The notes beneath the pieces are model-generated. The model had not been told where the DNA came from. It made no database searches and worked only from the letters and a program-made list of their open reading frames with translations. The position numbers and the translations under genes were made by a program. From Desulfatiglandales bacterium (GTDB taxonomy: Bacteria > Desulfobacterota > DSM-4660 > Desulfatiglandales > Desulfatiglandaceae), in contig OY762721.1 in the NCBI GenBank assembly GCA_963666345.1, positions 3,040,001 through 3,104,000 of the forward strand: a DNA stretch of 64,000 nt, read 5' to 3'. This document shows, one piece after another, positions 11,161 through 21,912 of this stretch; position 1 is the first letter of the stretch; every line of letters begins with the position of its first letter.

Positions 11161-11835
11161 ATGAGAGTGCTTCTTGTCGAAGATGATCTCAAGATCGCCG
11201 ATTTTATCGTAAAGGGTCTCAAAGAGGCGGGCTTTGCCGTCGATCATGCGGCCGACGGGGAAGGCGGCCTTTATATGGCATTGAACGAGCCGTATGACGC
11301 AGCCGTCATAGATCTTATGCTTCCCAAACTTGACGGGCTCTCTCTTATAGAGAAGGTGAGGGCAAACCGTATCAATACCCCGTTGATCATCCTGAGCGCC
11401 AAAAGATCGGTCGATGAAAGGATAAAAGGGCTTCAGGCGGGAGGCGATGACTACCTTACCAAGCCTTTTTCTTTTGCTGAACTCCTTGCAAGGCTTCAGG
11501 CCCTGATCAGGAGATCGACCGGAACTTCCGAGGCAACGAGCCTCACCGCCTGCGACCTCATGGTGGATCTGCTGACCAGAGAGGTAAAAAGGGGCGGGGA
11601 GGACGTTGAACTTCAACCGCGTGAATTCTCGCTCCTGGAATATCTCATGCGAAACAGGGGCCGCGTTCTCTCAAAAACCATGATCCTTGAGCATGTCTGG
11701 GACTACAGCTTCGACCCGCAGACAAACGTCGTGGATGTCCTGGTATGCAGGCTCAGAAACAAGGTGGACCGCGGATTTGAAAAGAAACTGATACATACCA
11801 TCCGCGGTGTAGGCTATGTTCTCAGAGAAGATTAA
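11161..11835 (+). CDS. OmpR-family response regulator (CusR/CopR-like)
   Basis: LLVEDD, DLMLP, DDYLTKPF, HTIRGVGY. Confidence 0.95.
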   Translation: MRVLLVEDDLKIADFIVKGLKEAGFAVDHAADGEGGLYMALNEPYDAAVIDLMLPKLDGLSLIEKVRANRINTPLIILSAKRSVDERIKGLQAGGDDYLTKPFSFAELLARLQALIRRSTGTSEATSLTACDLMVDLLTREVKRGGEDVELQPREFSLLEYLMRNRGRVLSKTMILEHVWDYSFDPQTNVVDVLVCRLRNKVDRGFEKKLIHTIRGVGYVLRED

Positions 11836-13216
11836 ACAGCTCAGAAAGACCGTTGGATTTCGCCTTATAATCTGGTACTCCGGCCTTTTTATCTTTGGTG
11901 CCCTCCTTTTTTTTTCATTCTCTTATCTGCTCCTGTCATCTTCCCTGGAAAAGAAAGACAGGGAATCGATCGAAGAAAGGCTGCTGGAACTGGAATCAAT
12001 ATACCGCAGTGAGGGGATCGATTTTCTTGAGCGTGATGTGAGCCAGGAGAAAAAATTCGTCAGGAAGATCTCTTTTTTTATCCGACTCACAGGGGGCGAT
12101 GATGACAAGCAACTGCTTGTGTTTCCCTATCAGTGGGCCGAGTTTGACATAAAGGAGCTGGAAAAGGTAAGGCCCACGAAAAAGACCATATGGATAAATG
12201 TCTCGGGCAGCGGTCCGGGAGGGGACCTGGTGGTGGCATCCAAGGGCCTTGAGAATGATTACCTGCTTCAGGTGGGAAAGAGCACCGGTGAAAGGGAGCA
12301 GATACTCGGATATTTTCGCAAGATTTTCGCCCTGGTCATGATTCCCGCCGTTATATTCGGCTTTGTCGGAGGAATCTTCCTGGCCTCCCGGTCGCTCAGG
12401 CCTATAAGACAGCTTGCCGAGGCGGTAAGGGGTTTTGCGGCCGGGAAAATGGATTCCCGTGTTCCCAGTCCCAATACCGGCGACGAACTGGACGAACTGG
12501 TAACGCACTTTAACAATATGGTGAAAAAGATAGAGGTGCTGATAAACGGCATGAAGGATTCCCTGGACAATGTTGCCCATGACCTCAGGACCCCGATGAC
12601 ACGGCTCAGAGGCACCGCGGAAATGGCACTCGGTCAGGGATCCGATGAAAATTCCTTAAGAGAGGCCTTGGCCGATTGCATCGAGGAATCAGAGCGCATA
12701 CTAAGTATGCTTGATACCCTTATGGACATATCAGAGGCCGAGACAGGGGTGATGCCGCTTGAATTACAGAGGGTAGGCGTGTCAGCGGCTGTCGAGTACG
12801 TACTCGATCTCTACGGCTATGTGGCGGAAGAAAAAAAGATCGATACAGCCGGCCTCTGCCCTGAGGATCTTTACGTATATGCCGATCCCCTCCGTCTGAG
12901 GCAGATCCTTTCAAACCTCCTTGATAACGGGGTGAAATACACGGAACCGGGAGGTAAAATCGAGATCGAGGCTGAGAGGGTGAAAGGTGATGTAAAAATC
13001 GTTGTAAGGGATACCGGCGTGGGAATAGAGGCTGAAGATCTTGATAAGATATGGGACCGTCTGTATCGCTGCGATGAGAGCAGGACTCAGAAGGGGCTCG
13101 GGTTAGGCCTTAGTCTGGTAAAAGCGGTTGTAACGGCCCATGGGGGCCGGGTCTTTGTTTCAAGCACTCCCGGAAAGGGCTCCATCTTCACTGTTTTACT
13201 TCCATCCAGGGACTGA
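11816..13216 (+). CDS. HAMP sensor histidine kinase
   Basis: AHDLRTPMT, NLLDNGVKY, GLGLGL. Confidence 0.95.
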   Translation: MFSEKIKQLRKTVGFRLIIWYSGLFIFGALLFFSFSYLLLSSSLEKKDRESIEERLLELESIYRSEGIDFLERDVSQEKKFVRKISFFIRLTGGDDDKQLLVFPYQWAEFDIKELEKVRPTKKTIWINVSGSGPGGDLVVASKGLENDYLLQVGKSTGEREQILGYFRKIFALVMIPAVIFGFVGGIFLASRSLRPIRQLAEAVRGFAAGKMDSRVPSPNTGDELDELVTHFNNMVKKIEVLINGMKDSLDNVAHDLRTPMTRLRGTAEMALGQGSDENSLREALADCIEESERILSMLDTLMDISEAETGVMPLELQRVGVSAAVEYVLDLYGYVAEEKKIDTAGLCPEDLYVYADPLRLRQILSNLLDNGVKYTEPGGKIEIEAERVKGDVKIVVRDTGVGIEAEDLDKIWDRLYRCDESRTQKGLGLGLSLVKAVVTAHGGRVFVSSTPGKGSIFTVLLPSRD

Positions 13217-13243
13217 TCCTTTTTTTTAAAAAAATCAGCCAAC

Positions 13244-13282
13244 CTTTCAAAATTGTAATGTCCCGGAAATGTGCCGGAAAGC
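13244..13282 (+). promoter_or_regulatory. Candidate OmpR/CusR-type binding site upstream of the degQ pair
   Basis: CTTTCAAAATTGTAATG followed by 11-bp-spaced GTAATG/GAAATG/GAAAGC repeats. Confidence 0.4.
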
Positions 13283-13434
13283 TTAGGCACGTATCATACG
13301 CCTGGATCATGTCCCTCCGCAGTTTTTGGTAAACAAGCAAAGGCCGATGTCTGCGGACTATGCCGGGCAGGTCTGTTCAAGGCTCAGCGAACCATTCCAT
13401 GGAAAAAGTGAACAGGAGTTAAAGGAGAAAAGAC

Positions 13435-14880
13435 ATGTATCATGTTCCAGTAATTCGTCGACCCGGGCCAAAGGTCGCTATCATGGCGCTTATGATATCA
13501 GTGGTGCTGTTTCGGTTTTATGTATCGCCTGTTTTAGCGGAAAATAAGCAAGGCGCGATGCCCGATCTCAGGACCGCCATTTCGGATGTCACAAAAAGCA
13601 ACATAGACGCGGTCGTTCATATAGAGGTCACTCAGCGCCAGAGGATTATAAGACCTCAGCTCCCCTTTCAAAATGACCCCTTTTTCAGATATTTTTTCGA
13701 TCTCCCGGAAAGTCCCAGGAGTTACGAAAGGGAACTGAAAGGTCTTGGAAGCGGAATGCTGATAGATTCTGAAGGCCATATCCTGACAAACCATCATGTG
13801 GTTGCGGGTGCCGATGAGGTGATGGTGCTTCTGGCGGACGGAAACCGGTATGAATCGAAACTCGTGGGAACGGATCCCAAAACGGATCTTGCCGTTTTAA
13901 AGATAAGCGGGGAAAAGCCCTTTCCCCATGTGAGCCTTGGCGATTCGGACAAGCTCGAAGTAGGTGAGTGGGTGGTGGCGATAGGTCATCCCAGGGGCCT
14001 TGATCAGACCGTGACCCAGGGAATAATAAGCGCAAAGCACAGAAGGGGGATAAAGGATCCCCTCAGCTACCAGGATTTTCTGCAGACCGATGCCGCCATC
14101 AACCCGGGAAACAGCGGTGGGCCCCTGTTAAACCTTAACGGTGAGGTGATCGGGGTAAATGCCGCCATAGTCTCCCAGTCGGGCGGTTATGAGGGAATAG
14201 GGTTCGCTATCCCAAGCAACATCGCCGTTTATATCTCGCGTGCCCTTATTGAACATGGGAAAGTTGAAAGGGGCTGGCTGGGCGTAAGCGCGCAGGATCT
14301 TACCCCTGATCTTGCCGGATCGTTCGGGATGTCGAGTCCCAAAGGCGCCCTGCTTTCAGATGTCAACAAGGGTGGGCCGGCCGACAGGGCCGGCCTTAAA
14401 AGGGGAGACATAGTGGTTTCCTTCGGCGGAAAGGAGATAACCGATGCCGCTTCCATGAGAAACGAGGCGGCCATAAGGCCGGTGGAAAGCAAGGTGGAAG
14501 TGACGGCCCTGAGAAAAGGAAAGCGCAGGACCTTCACCCTTACCATCGGCCACAAACAGGAAAAGATGGCCTCCATGGAGGCTAGCGTATCCGTTATGCT
14601 GGGCGCGAAGGTTCGCCCTGTTACCAGTGCGGAGGCAACGAGATACAAGATATACGAAAAAGGCGGCGTGGCCATATCAAAGGTTAAACAAAACGGGCCT
14701 CTCGGCAAGGTTGGTTTTGAGGTGGGAGACCTTATATTGGAGATAGAGGGTGAAACCGTGAAGGGGGTCGATGATTTTCTGGAAAAGGCAAGCCGGATAC
14801 AGCCTTCTCAGCGTGTGACACTGCTTGCTCTTGATCACCGGAGGGGCAGGACGGGTTATGTTCAGGTTGTGATCAGGTAA
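13435..14880 (+). CDS. HtrA/DegQ serine protease with two PDZ domains
   Basis: LTNHHV, TDLAVL, QTDAAINPGNSGG. Confidence 0.95.
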   Translation: MYHVPVIRRPGPKVAIMALMISVVLFRFYVSPVLAENKQGAMPDLRTAISDVTKSNIDAVVHIEVTQRQRIIRPQLPFQNDPFFRYFFDLPESPRSYERELKGLGSGMLIDSEGHILTNHHVVAGADEVMVLLADGNRYESKLVGTDPKTDLAVLKISGEKPFPHVSLGDSDKLEVGEWVVAIGHPRGLDQTVTQGIISAKHRRGIKDPLSYQDFLQTDAAINPGNSGGPLLNLNGEVIGVNAAIVSQSGGYEGIGFAIPSNIAVYISRALIEHGKVERGWLGVSAQDLTPDLAGSFGMSSPKGALLSDVNKGGPADRAGLKRGDIVVSFGGKEITDAASMRNEAAIRPVESKVEVTALRKGKRRTFTLTIGHKQEKMASMEASVSVMLGAKVRPVTSAEATRYKIYEKGGVAISKVKQNGPLGKVGFEVGDLILEIEGETVKGVDDFLEKASRIQPSQRVTLLALDHRRGRTGYVQVVIR

Positions 14881-14920
14881 TAAAAATGAAAAATAGATTT
14901 GGTTTGGAAAGGAGAAAAGT

Positions 14921-16378
14921 ATGAAGACAAATAGGATCTTTGGCGGAAACAGGACTTTTTTTCGGGTATTACTGCTCTTTGCGGTTATCGCCTTTACAGG
15001 GGTGGCGGTGCTTTTTCCTCCGGCCTCTGCTCAGGCAAATACGGAGGCCTTTGTTTCATCGGCACCAGGCTCATTTGCCCCTCTGGCAGAAAAGGCAAGC
15101 CCCTCTGTGGTCAACATCAGTACCGTAAAGGTCATAAAGAGCCAGGGGGTTCAACCCCAGGTGCCGTTCGGTCCCGATGACCCTTTCAAGGATTTTTTCG
15201 AACGCTTTTTCGGGGGCCAGATGCCCAAGAATTTCAAGCAGAGAAGCCTGGGGACCGGTTTTATTATCGATGAGAAAGGCTACATAATAACGAACAACCA
15301 TGTCGTAGAAAACACGGACGAGATAAAGGTGAAACTCTATGACAAGACCGAGGTCGACGCCGAGATAGTGGGACGTGATTCAAAAACGGATCTGGCACTG
15401 CTGCGCATAAAGACCGATTCAAAGCTGACGGCCTTTAAACTGGGAAACTCCGACACCCTCAAGGTAGGTGACTGGGTAATGGCGATCGGAAATCCCTACG
15501 GCCTTGGAAACACCGTGACAGCCGGCATAGTAAGCGCCAAATACAGGCAGATAGGGGCCGGACCCTATGACAATTTCATCCAGACGGACGCCCCCATAAA
15601 CCCCGGAAACAGCGGCGGGCCGCTTCTGAACACCGCGGGTGAAGTGGTGGGTATCAACACCGCCATATATTCCAGGAGCGGAGGAAGCGTGGGCATAGGC
15701 TTTGCCATCCCCGTGAACATGGCAAAGGATCTCCTGCCCCAGCTTAAAGAGGGAAAAGTCGTAAGGGGGTGGCTCGGGGTGATGATCCAGAAGATCTCCT
15801 CCGAATTGATGGACAAGTTCGACCTGAAATCAATGGAAGGGGCCCTTGTGGCCGATGTCACCGATGACGGTCCGGCCGAAAAGGCGGGGATCAAAAGGGG
15901 GGACGTAATAGTCTCCTTTGACGGAAAAGATGTGAAAGAAAGCGATGACCTCCCCTATGTGGTGGCCAATACACCAGTAGGAAAGAAGGTGGAGGTAGAG
16001 GTTATCAGAAAGGGCAAGATCAGGACTATCGAGGTGAAGATAGGAGAGCTTGAGGAAAAGGCCCCGGCCCTGAAAAAGACCGAAACCGAGCTTGATATGG
16101 GCCTGAGCGTTGAAGAGCTTACCCCTGAGCTTGCGCGAAAATTCGGCCTGTCGGAGGAAAAAGGCATCGTGGTGGTAAATGTGGATCGTGACAGCCCGGC
16201 AGGGGAGGGCGGAATAATACCGGGTGATATCATCATGGAGCTTGACCAGAAGCCGCTTGAAACAGTGAATCAGTTTAACGATATGGTCGAGTCCTACAAG
16301 GGTGGAGACACAATCCTTTTCCTTGTTAAGAGAAGAGACTCAACCATCTATCTGACCGTTAAGATTGCTGAAAAGTAA
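14921..16378 (+). CDS. HtrA/DegQ serine protease, second paralog
   Basis: ITNNHV, TDLALL, QTDAPINPGNSGG. Confidence 0.95.
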   Translation: MKTNRIFGGNRTFFRVLLLFAVIAFTGVAVLFPPASAQANTEAFVSSAPGSFAPLAEKASPSVVNISTVKVIKSQGVQPQVPFGPDDPFKDFFERFFGGQMPKNFKQRSLGTGFIIDEKGYIITNNHVVENTDEIKVKLYDKTEVDAEIVGRDSKTDLALLRIKTDSKLTAFKLGNSDTLKVGDWVMAIGNPYGLGNTVTAGIVSAKYRQIGAGPYDNFIQTDAPINPGNSGGPLLNTAGEVVGINTAIYSRSGGSVGIGFAIPVNMAKDLLPQLKEGKVVRGWLGVMIQKISSELMDKFDLKSMEGALVADVTDDGPAEKAGIKRGDVIVSFDGKDVKESDDLPYVVANTPVGKKVEVEVIRKGKIRTIEVKIGELEEKAPALKKTETELDMGLSVEELTPELARKFGLSEEKGIVVVNVDRDSPAGEGGIIPGDIIMELDQKPLETVNQFNDMVESYKGGDTILFLVKRRDSTIYLTVKIAEK

Positions 16379-16500
16379 TGTCCAATCGCGGATGGGCCCC
16401 TTGAAGGGGGCCCTGTCCGCTTTCTGCTCCTCCCTGGCATCTTTCCCCTTTTACTACATATGTAAGCCTTTATTTTCCGTGAGTAAAATCACTCGAGAGA

Positions 16501-17160
16501 TCACAATAATTCAAAGTCTCTTAAGAATCGGTGAGCGGGCAGCATTCTTACCCCATCCCTGGACTTATTCCGTTTCAGCCTGTATACGATCTGAAAAGGT
16601 TTTGTATTCCTCAATTTGTCACGAAACCGGAACAATGAGGAAGAAAAATTCTCATCATGAATTCTAAGAGACCGCTTTGCAAACGTTTCACTATCTTTTA
16701 AATATGGTTCCGGAAATCCACCTAGTTTTATGATCTTGTCCAGTGCCGTCTCAGATTTCTCACCAAGGCATGCACAGATCTTTTTAACCGTCAATGGGTG
16801 CAGGCGGTAATAGAAAAAGCGTCCGGCCAGAGATTTCCCTCCTTTTCTATAGGTATCGAGTCTTGCCGATCCTGTAACAAGCAAGGAGGGAGAAATGCCC
16901 TCGGTATCATAAATACCCTTGACCCATGATTTCCATTTCCTCATTTTATCGAGTTCATCAAAGATCACCATTTCAGCATCTCTATCCCATTCCCGCGCAT
17001 GAATGATACGCCGGTCAGGCGAAGCATCGTAATTCAAACAGACATGGGAAGCGGTCAACTGCCTTGACAGGGTAGTTTTCCCCACTTGCCTCGGACCGGA
17101 AAGGAGGACGATTTTTTCCTTCAGGTCTTTCAGGATAAATTTTTCCAGATACCGTTCCAT
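16501..17160 (-). pseudogene. AAA_14-type ATPase with in-frame internal deletion
   Basis: GPRQVGKT, IFDE, VTGSA, GGFPEP then abrupt jump to a C-terminal-like segment; 219 aa is about half the usual length. Confidence 0.7.
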
Positions 17161-17354
17161 ATGGCTATTATGAATAGAACTTCAAAAAAGCCAAGACCAT
17201 TATGAAGTAGGCTTCATTTTGGTCAGAAAGATGCCGGGGAGTTTACCACGCCCAATCTCCTCTCTTAAACTGCTTATACTGAGCTTATTTCAGGTTTTTT
17301 TGTGCTTTTTAAGTCATAAAAGGAGCGGATTGTGTTTTAATATGGAACGCTTCG

Positions 17355-18059
17355 TCAACACTGCAGGGGTGCCGGTCGTGAAGGGGGGGCATCAATAACT
17401 ATTTCAACCGCATCGGCAGGGCAGACGGTGTAGCAGTCGCCGCATACATCGCATTTTTCGTGGTCTATCAGGAACCTTTCATCCTGCTTGTAGATCGCCT
17501 TAAAGGAACAGCTTTCCATGCACTCCCCGCACAGTATGCACTCCTCTGTTATGTGCATCCCTCTGAAGGGGGGCTCTATCCCGCCGAATGAAAATGGGCT
17601 CCTTAACAACTTGTGCGAACGTTGCTCCATTTCAAAGTCAAAATCATATACCTCGCCCCATGCCCTGAATATGCAGAAGGTGGTCATGGCGGGATACCTT
17701 TCAATGTCTTTTACGGCAGGCATAAACTTCTCATTTGCCGTGGCCTTTTCCCTGAGGATGTCAAAAGGAATCTCCCTGACATCACCTGCTGCGCGTATGG
17801 TATAGCCGGGCTTAAAATAAGACATCCCATGCTCATCATGACTGACCGAGGTCTCAGGAAACATACCGCAGACGGACACCTTGCCCGTGTCTTTAATCTG
17901 GGCATAAAAGGGCTTGGTGATCATGGTTTGAAAATACAAGCCTTCATGATCGCAGGCGATCAGGTGCGCAATGCGTGTCTGGGGGATGCCCTGGTCAATG
18001 GTGGCAAAGGTGAGACAGCCTATACGGTCGAATTTTTCATAGATGGTTGATATATCCAT
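17355..18059 (-). CDS. Pyridoxamine 5'-phosphate oxidase-like domain fused to 2x[4Fe-4S] ferredoxin
   Basis: FATIDQGIPQTRI; CILCGECMESC and CDVCGDCYTVCP. Confidence 0.85.
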   Translation of the reverse strand: MDISTIYEKFDRIGCLTFATIDQGIPQTRIAHLIACDHEGLYFQTMITKPFYAQIKDTGKVSVCGMFPETSVSHDEHGMSYFKPGYTIRAAGDVREIPFDILREKATANEKFMPAVKDIERYPAMTTFCIFRAWGEVYDFDFEMEQRSHKLLRSPFSFGGIEPPFRGMHITEECILCGECMESCSFKAIYKQDERFLIDHEKCDVCGDCYTVCPADAVEIVIDAPPSRPAPLQC

Positions 18060-18249
18060 GCATCTTTCCCTCCTCTTTTTAACGGCCGGATTTTAGGCCC
18101 TTGGTGCTATATATTTGAATAAACTGAGCTTAAACATAAAAGCCTGGCCTGTCAAAGCCTTTGGTCCTTTACAGCCGGCAGGCCCTGTGTCAAAGTCTCG
18201 ATTTCGGCGATGTGTTCCTAGACAGGGACCTGGATCCGGGCTTGAGAGA

Positions 18250-18340
18250 TCAAAACAATTCAAAACGACATGGTATGCGGTCAATTGTCTTGGCAGGGTA
18301 GTCTTGCCCACTCGACTGGGAGCGTAAAGGAGGCTGTTTA
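18250..18340 (-). pseudogene. Degenerate second copy of the AAA_14 5' end
   Basis: DNA at 18279-18335 aligns by eye to 17052-17107 (RVGKTTLPRQLTA vs QVGKTTLSRQLTA). Confidence 0.6.
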
Positions 18341-18653
18341 CAACTATTTCCAAGAAAGCTTCAACCTGATTAAGGCGTTGTAAATTTGATCTAATATTGC
18401 TATTCTTTTTTAACAAAAAATGTTTTGGTGCAAAAATATGGTTATGGAGATGCCGTCATGTAAATGAAGATTATTAATGTTTTTTCAGCGCTACTCCTGT
18501 CGGTATTATTATCCGCCCCGGTTGTTTTTGCCGCTCAGCCTGATTTAAAAGGGCTCAAGGCGGATAAGGTGCTGATGCAGGTTTAACTGAATACTTATTT
18601 TATCCTGTTTTACAATGATGCGTGCGATATTTTTAAGACAAGGGAGGAACTCG

Positions 18654-20135
18654 ATGATACGACATATTATTATTCTTTCAGTCTTGATCGCCTTTAGCGC
18701 GAATGCATATGCCGACTTTAGTACCGGGATAGATGCATACACAAAAAAGGACTATGTTACCGCCCTGAAAGAATTCAAAACCGTGGCCGATCAGGGAAAC
18801 CCGGATGCCCAGTTCATGCTCGGTTACATGTATGCTTCAGGAAAGGGCGTGCTTCAAGACTATATAAAGGCCCATATGTGGTTCAACCTTTCAGCCTCTC
18901 AGGGTAATGAACGTGCAATGGAATCACGCGATAAGATCGTAAAGGCCATGACGCCGCAGCAGATTGCCGAGGCACAGAGACTTGCCCGGCAGTGGAAGGC
19001 CGAGGAAAGCCCGGAGGAGAGTACCACGATGCCCTATCCGGCTGAGCTTACGGGGAAAGATCTTGTCCGTGAGATACAGGAGCGGCTTGGGGAATTAGGG
19101 TATGAGCCTGGCCCGGCGGACGGAATGATGGGAGAAGGTACCAGACAGGCCATACGCACCTACCAGAAGCAGGCAGCGCTGACGGTTGACGGAGAACCTT
19201 CTCAGGGCCTTTTAACGCACATAAGAGAAAAAGGAGAGATGAGGGTCGCTCAAATAAATCCTCCCGAAGAAGATTTATCTAGTTCATCAGCACCCGGTGG
19301 CTCCCAGGGAATGAAAGGACCCCTTGAGGAGCAGACTCTGGAATTTATTGGACAGCTGAAAAAGATCGTCAAAAGGGGCGAAGATCAAAACAGTGCTGAC
19401 AGCGATTTCCTGGCGCTACTGCGCGAGCTGATAAATCAATATGACTGGCCATGGCCTGAACTGCTTTTTCATGACGATTTCAAGGACGGCAACCTGACCG
19501 GAAACCCGGCCTGGAATATCGTGTCAGGGGATTTCAGGGTGGATTCCGAGAGCAGGCTGATAACTCGGGTCAGAGCAGCTGAGCAAGAAAGAGACGGGTC
19601 ATTGTCCCGGCAAGATGAGGATACAGGTACGATGATAGTAAAGAGTATCCTGGGTGAACTACTGAAGGAGAAAGGGACGGAATCCAGCCCTCAGAGTCGG
19701 CCTGTGAAGGCGGAACTCTACGCGAGGTCAAATATCACCAACTCCTTTTGCATGGACATCCAATTAGCAGTTATTTCAAGCGGAGATGACGCTGTGTTTG
19801 AGGTCGGTCCCTATAAAGGCAAGCGAAGGGACAAGGGCTACAGGCTCGTCTATTACGGCGGTCAAAGGCCCAGGTTTGAACTGGCCCGTCAAAGCTACAG
19901 GAGAACTTCCATCATCGATGTCTATGAATCGGCCTCCCTGCTTAATGACGGCCGGTCCCATCGCATAAGATGGGAGCGTAACAGTGATGGAAATATCGTT
20001 GTCTCTGTTGATGGAAAAGAGATCATGAATACCATAGACAGGAGTATCAAGGGGGCGTTTGACGGCATCTCGATCATTAATCAGCAAGGGGATTATGCCG
20101 TTTCGCTTATAGACATTTTCGGCGGGCAAAAATAG
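18654..20135 (+). CDS. Secreted Sel1-repeat + peptidoglycan-binding + beta-sandwich domain protein
   Basis: Signal peptide, AQFMLGYMYASGKGV, IQERLGELGYEPGPADG..TRQAIRTYQ. Confidence 0.8.
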   Translation: MIRHIIILSVLIAFSANAYADFSTGIDAYTKKDYVTALKEFKTVADQGNPDAQFMLGYMYASGKGVLQDYIKAHMWFNLSASQGNERAMESRDKIVKAMTPQQIAEAQRLARQWKAEESPEESTTMPYPAELTGKDLVREIQERLGELGYEPGPADGMMGEGTRQAIRTYQKQAALTVDGEPSQGLLTHIREKGEMRVAQINPPEEDLSSSSAPGGSQGMKGPLEEQTLEFIGQLKKIVKRGEDQNSADSDFLALLRELINQYDWPWPELLFHDDFKDGNLTGNPAWNIVSGDFRVDSESRLITRVRAAEQERDGSLSRQDEDTGTMIVKSILGELLKEKGTESSPQSRPVKAELYARSNITNSFCMDIQLAVISSGDDAVFEVGPYKGKRRDKGYRLVYYGGQRPRFELARQSYRRTSIIDVYESASLLNDGRSHRIRWERNSDGNIVVSVDGKEIMNTIDRSIKGAFDGISIINQQGDYAVSLIDIFGGQK

Positions 20136-20495
20136 GCGCTGTCTCTTGTCCGTTACCCTGATCCGCCGCCCGCAAGCGTCTCCGGGAGTTTGCCTGGAAC
20201 TGAAACGCCATGCTCCTTCCGGAGCATGGCTTATAAGATCATTCAAAAAAACTAGTTTTATTCAACCTGAGATACATGACCTAAGCCCTATGATCGGATT
20301 GCCGGAAGCGCCCGTCTTATGATAATGTATGGTATCGAAAAATTTGGGGGGCTAATACAAACTTTTGAGTAGGATAATAATTGATGGGTCTGGTTCAGCT
20401 GATTTCAATCATTATGTGAAATCGATTTCAGGCGGCTAAAAAAGGCAATAGTACTTTTGAAATATCACTCAGGAGCGAATTCAAACTTAATTGAG

Positions 20496-21662
20496 TTAGC
20501 GCAAATATTGCTTTACATCATCGATTGGTGGTGGAATCAAAACAAATTTACCCACATGCCTTTTATCTGTGAATTCACGTTGTGCCTCAACAATATTTTT
20601 GAGTGGAAAAGTTTTAGCCAGAAGGGGCATGATCTCACCTTTTTCGATATAGGAAACAAGGTTCGGGAAAACAGGCTCATCCCATGCAGTACATCCGATC
20701 AGCGTCAAATCCTTTAAATAAAAATCGCGCATATCGAGCTCCACAATCGGTCCGGCAATCGCGCCCGAGGATACAAACCGCCCGCCTCTTTTCATTACCT
20801 TGAGCATCCCTCCAAAGCCAGGTCCTGCAACGTTGTCAACGACGACATTCACGGATTTTTTCCCCAGACTCTCCACAATGTCATCGCCACGGGCAATGAC
20901 CTGATCTGCACCCACTTCCCGCACTTTTTCAAGCTTTGCTTTTCCTGCGATAGCCGTTACATATGCCCCCCGGCGCTTTGCCAGCTGCACGGCCGCGGAC
21001 CCTACCCCGCCCGAAGCTCCTGCGATCAACACATGTTCACCTTTTGCCACCTTTGCCCGGTGGACCATATTTTCAGCCGTACCATAAGCGCACGGTATGG
21101 TGCCAAGCTCGGCGTCGCTCCACTCACAGTCCACAGGAAAAACCTCGCCAGCAGGTACTTTTACAAACTGAGCAAACGCACCGTCAAAATCAGAGGCCAT
21201 CCAGATGTTTTCCAACGAATCCCATCCTGATCCGCGCATACAGGACCGAACCAGTACACGCGAGCCCATAAGGCTTTCATCGACCCCCGGTGCAACGGCA
21301 ACCACCCGGCCGCAGCAATCCGTGCCCTGAATGAATGGAAATGGTGTCGCCTCATTCCAGCCGCCATCCCCCTGTGTCTTTGCCTCTTGTTTTTCTTTTT
21401 CGCCGGTCGTGAGCGCTTTGGTGCTCGTCGTGACCCTGGAAGAGTACCAGCCGAGGCGGGTATTGATTTCGGTATTGTTTACTCCGGCGGCAAGGACCTG
21501 CAAAAGGACTTCATCGGAGGCAAGTTGCGGGATCGGAACATCCCGGTAGCTGAGTTTTTCATAACCGCCGTTTCCGGTTGTGACGACCGCTTTCATGGTT
21601 GATCTGAAACCAGTGATATCAAAGCGGTCCTTATCGGGACCAGTTGTATCTTCCCTGTTCAT
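20496..21662 (-). CDS. Medium-chain dehydrogenase/reductase (alcohol dehydrogenase / quinone reductase family)
   Basis: GroES-like N-terminus, AGASGGVG, GKFVL. Confidence 0.88.
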   Translation of the reverse strand: MNREDTTGPDKDRFDITGFRSTMKAVVTTGNGGYEKLSYRDVPIPQLASDEVLLQVLAAGVNNTEINTRLGWYSSRVTTSTKALTTGEKEKQEAKTQGDGGWNEATPFPFIQGTDCCGRVVAVAPGVDESLMGSRVLVRSCMRGSGWDSLENIWMASDFDGAFAQFVKVPAGEVFPVDCEWSDAELGTIPCAYGTAENMVHRAKVAKGEHVLIAGASGGVGSAAVQLAKRRGAYVTAIAGKAKLEKVREVGADQVIARGDDIVESLGKKSVNVVVDNVAGPGFGGMLKVMKRGGRFVSSGAIAGPIVELDMRDFYLKDLTLIGCTAWDEPVFPNLVSYIEKGEIMPLLAKTFPLKNIVEAQREFTDKRHVGKFVLIPPPIDDVKQYLR

Positions 21663-21730
21663 GCTACCCCTTTCTGATTAAAAATATTTTTTAGGGGGAA
21701 GTTCATTCTGCCGACTGCGTCTTTGGTCAA

Positions 21731-21750
21731 AAGTGATTTTAAAATCACTT
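21731..21750. promoter_or_regulatory. Perfect 20-bp palindrome, candidate operator of the dehydrogenase
   Basis: AAGTGATTTTAAAATCACTT about 70 bp upstream of the start codon. Confidence 0.45.
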
Positions 21751-21912
21751 AAAATGCCTTTTTGCTCTTGCCATAAACAGCAACGTATAATGCCCTTTTC
21801 GGTACCAAAAATGGCGGTAGAAAACAATTTTTCAACTTTTTTTACATTTGTTTCTATTTTATTTCAAGGTGTTATCGTGGTCCGATTCCATCTCGGTCAA
21901 TGAGACCATTGA

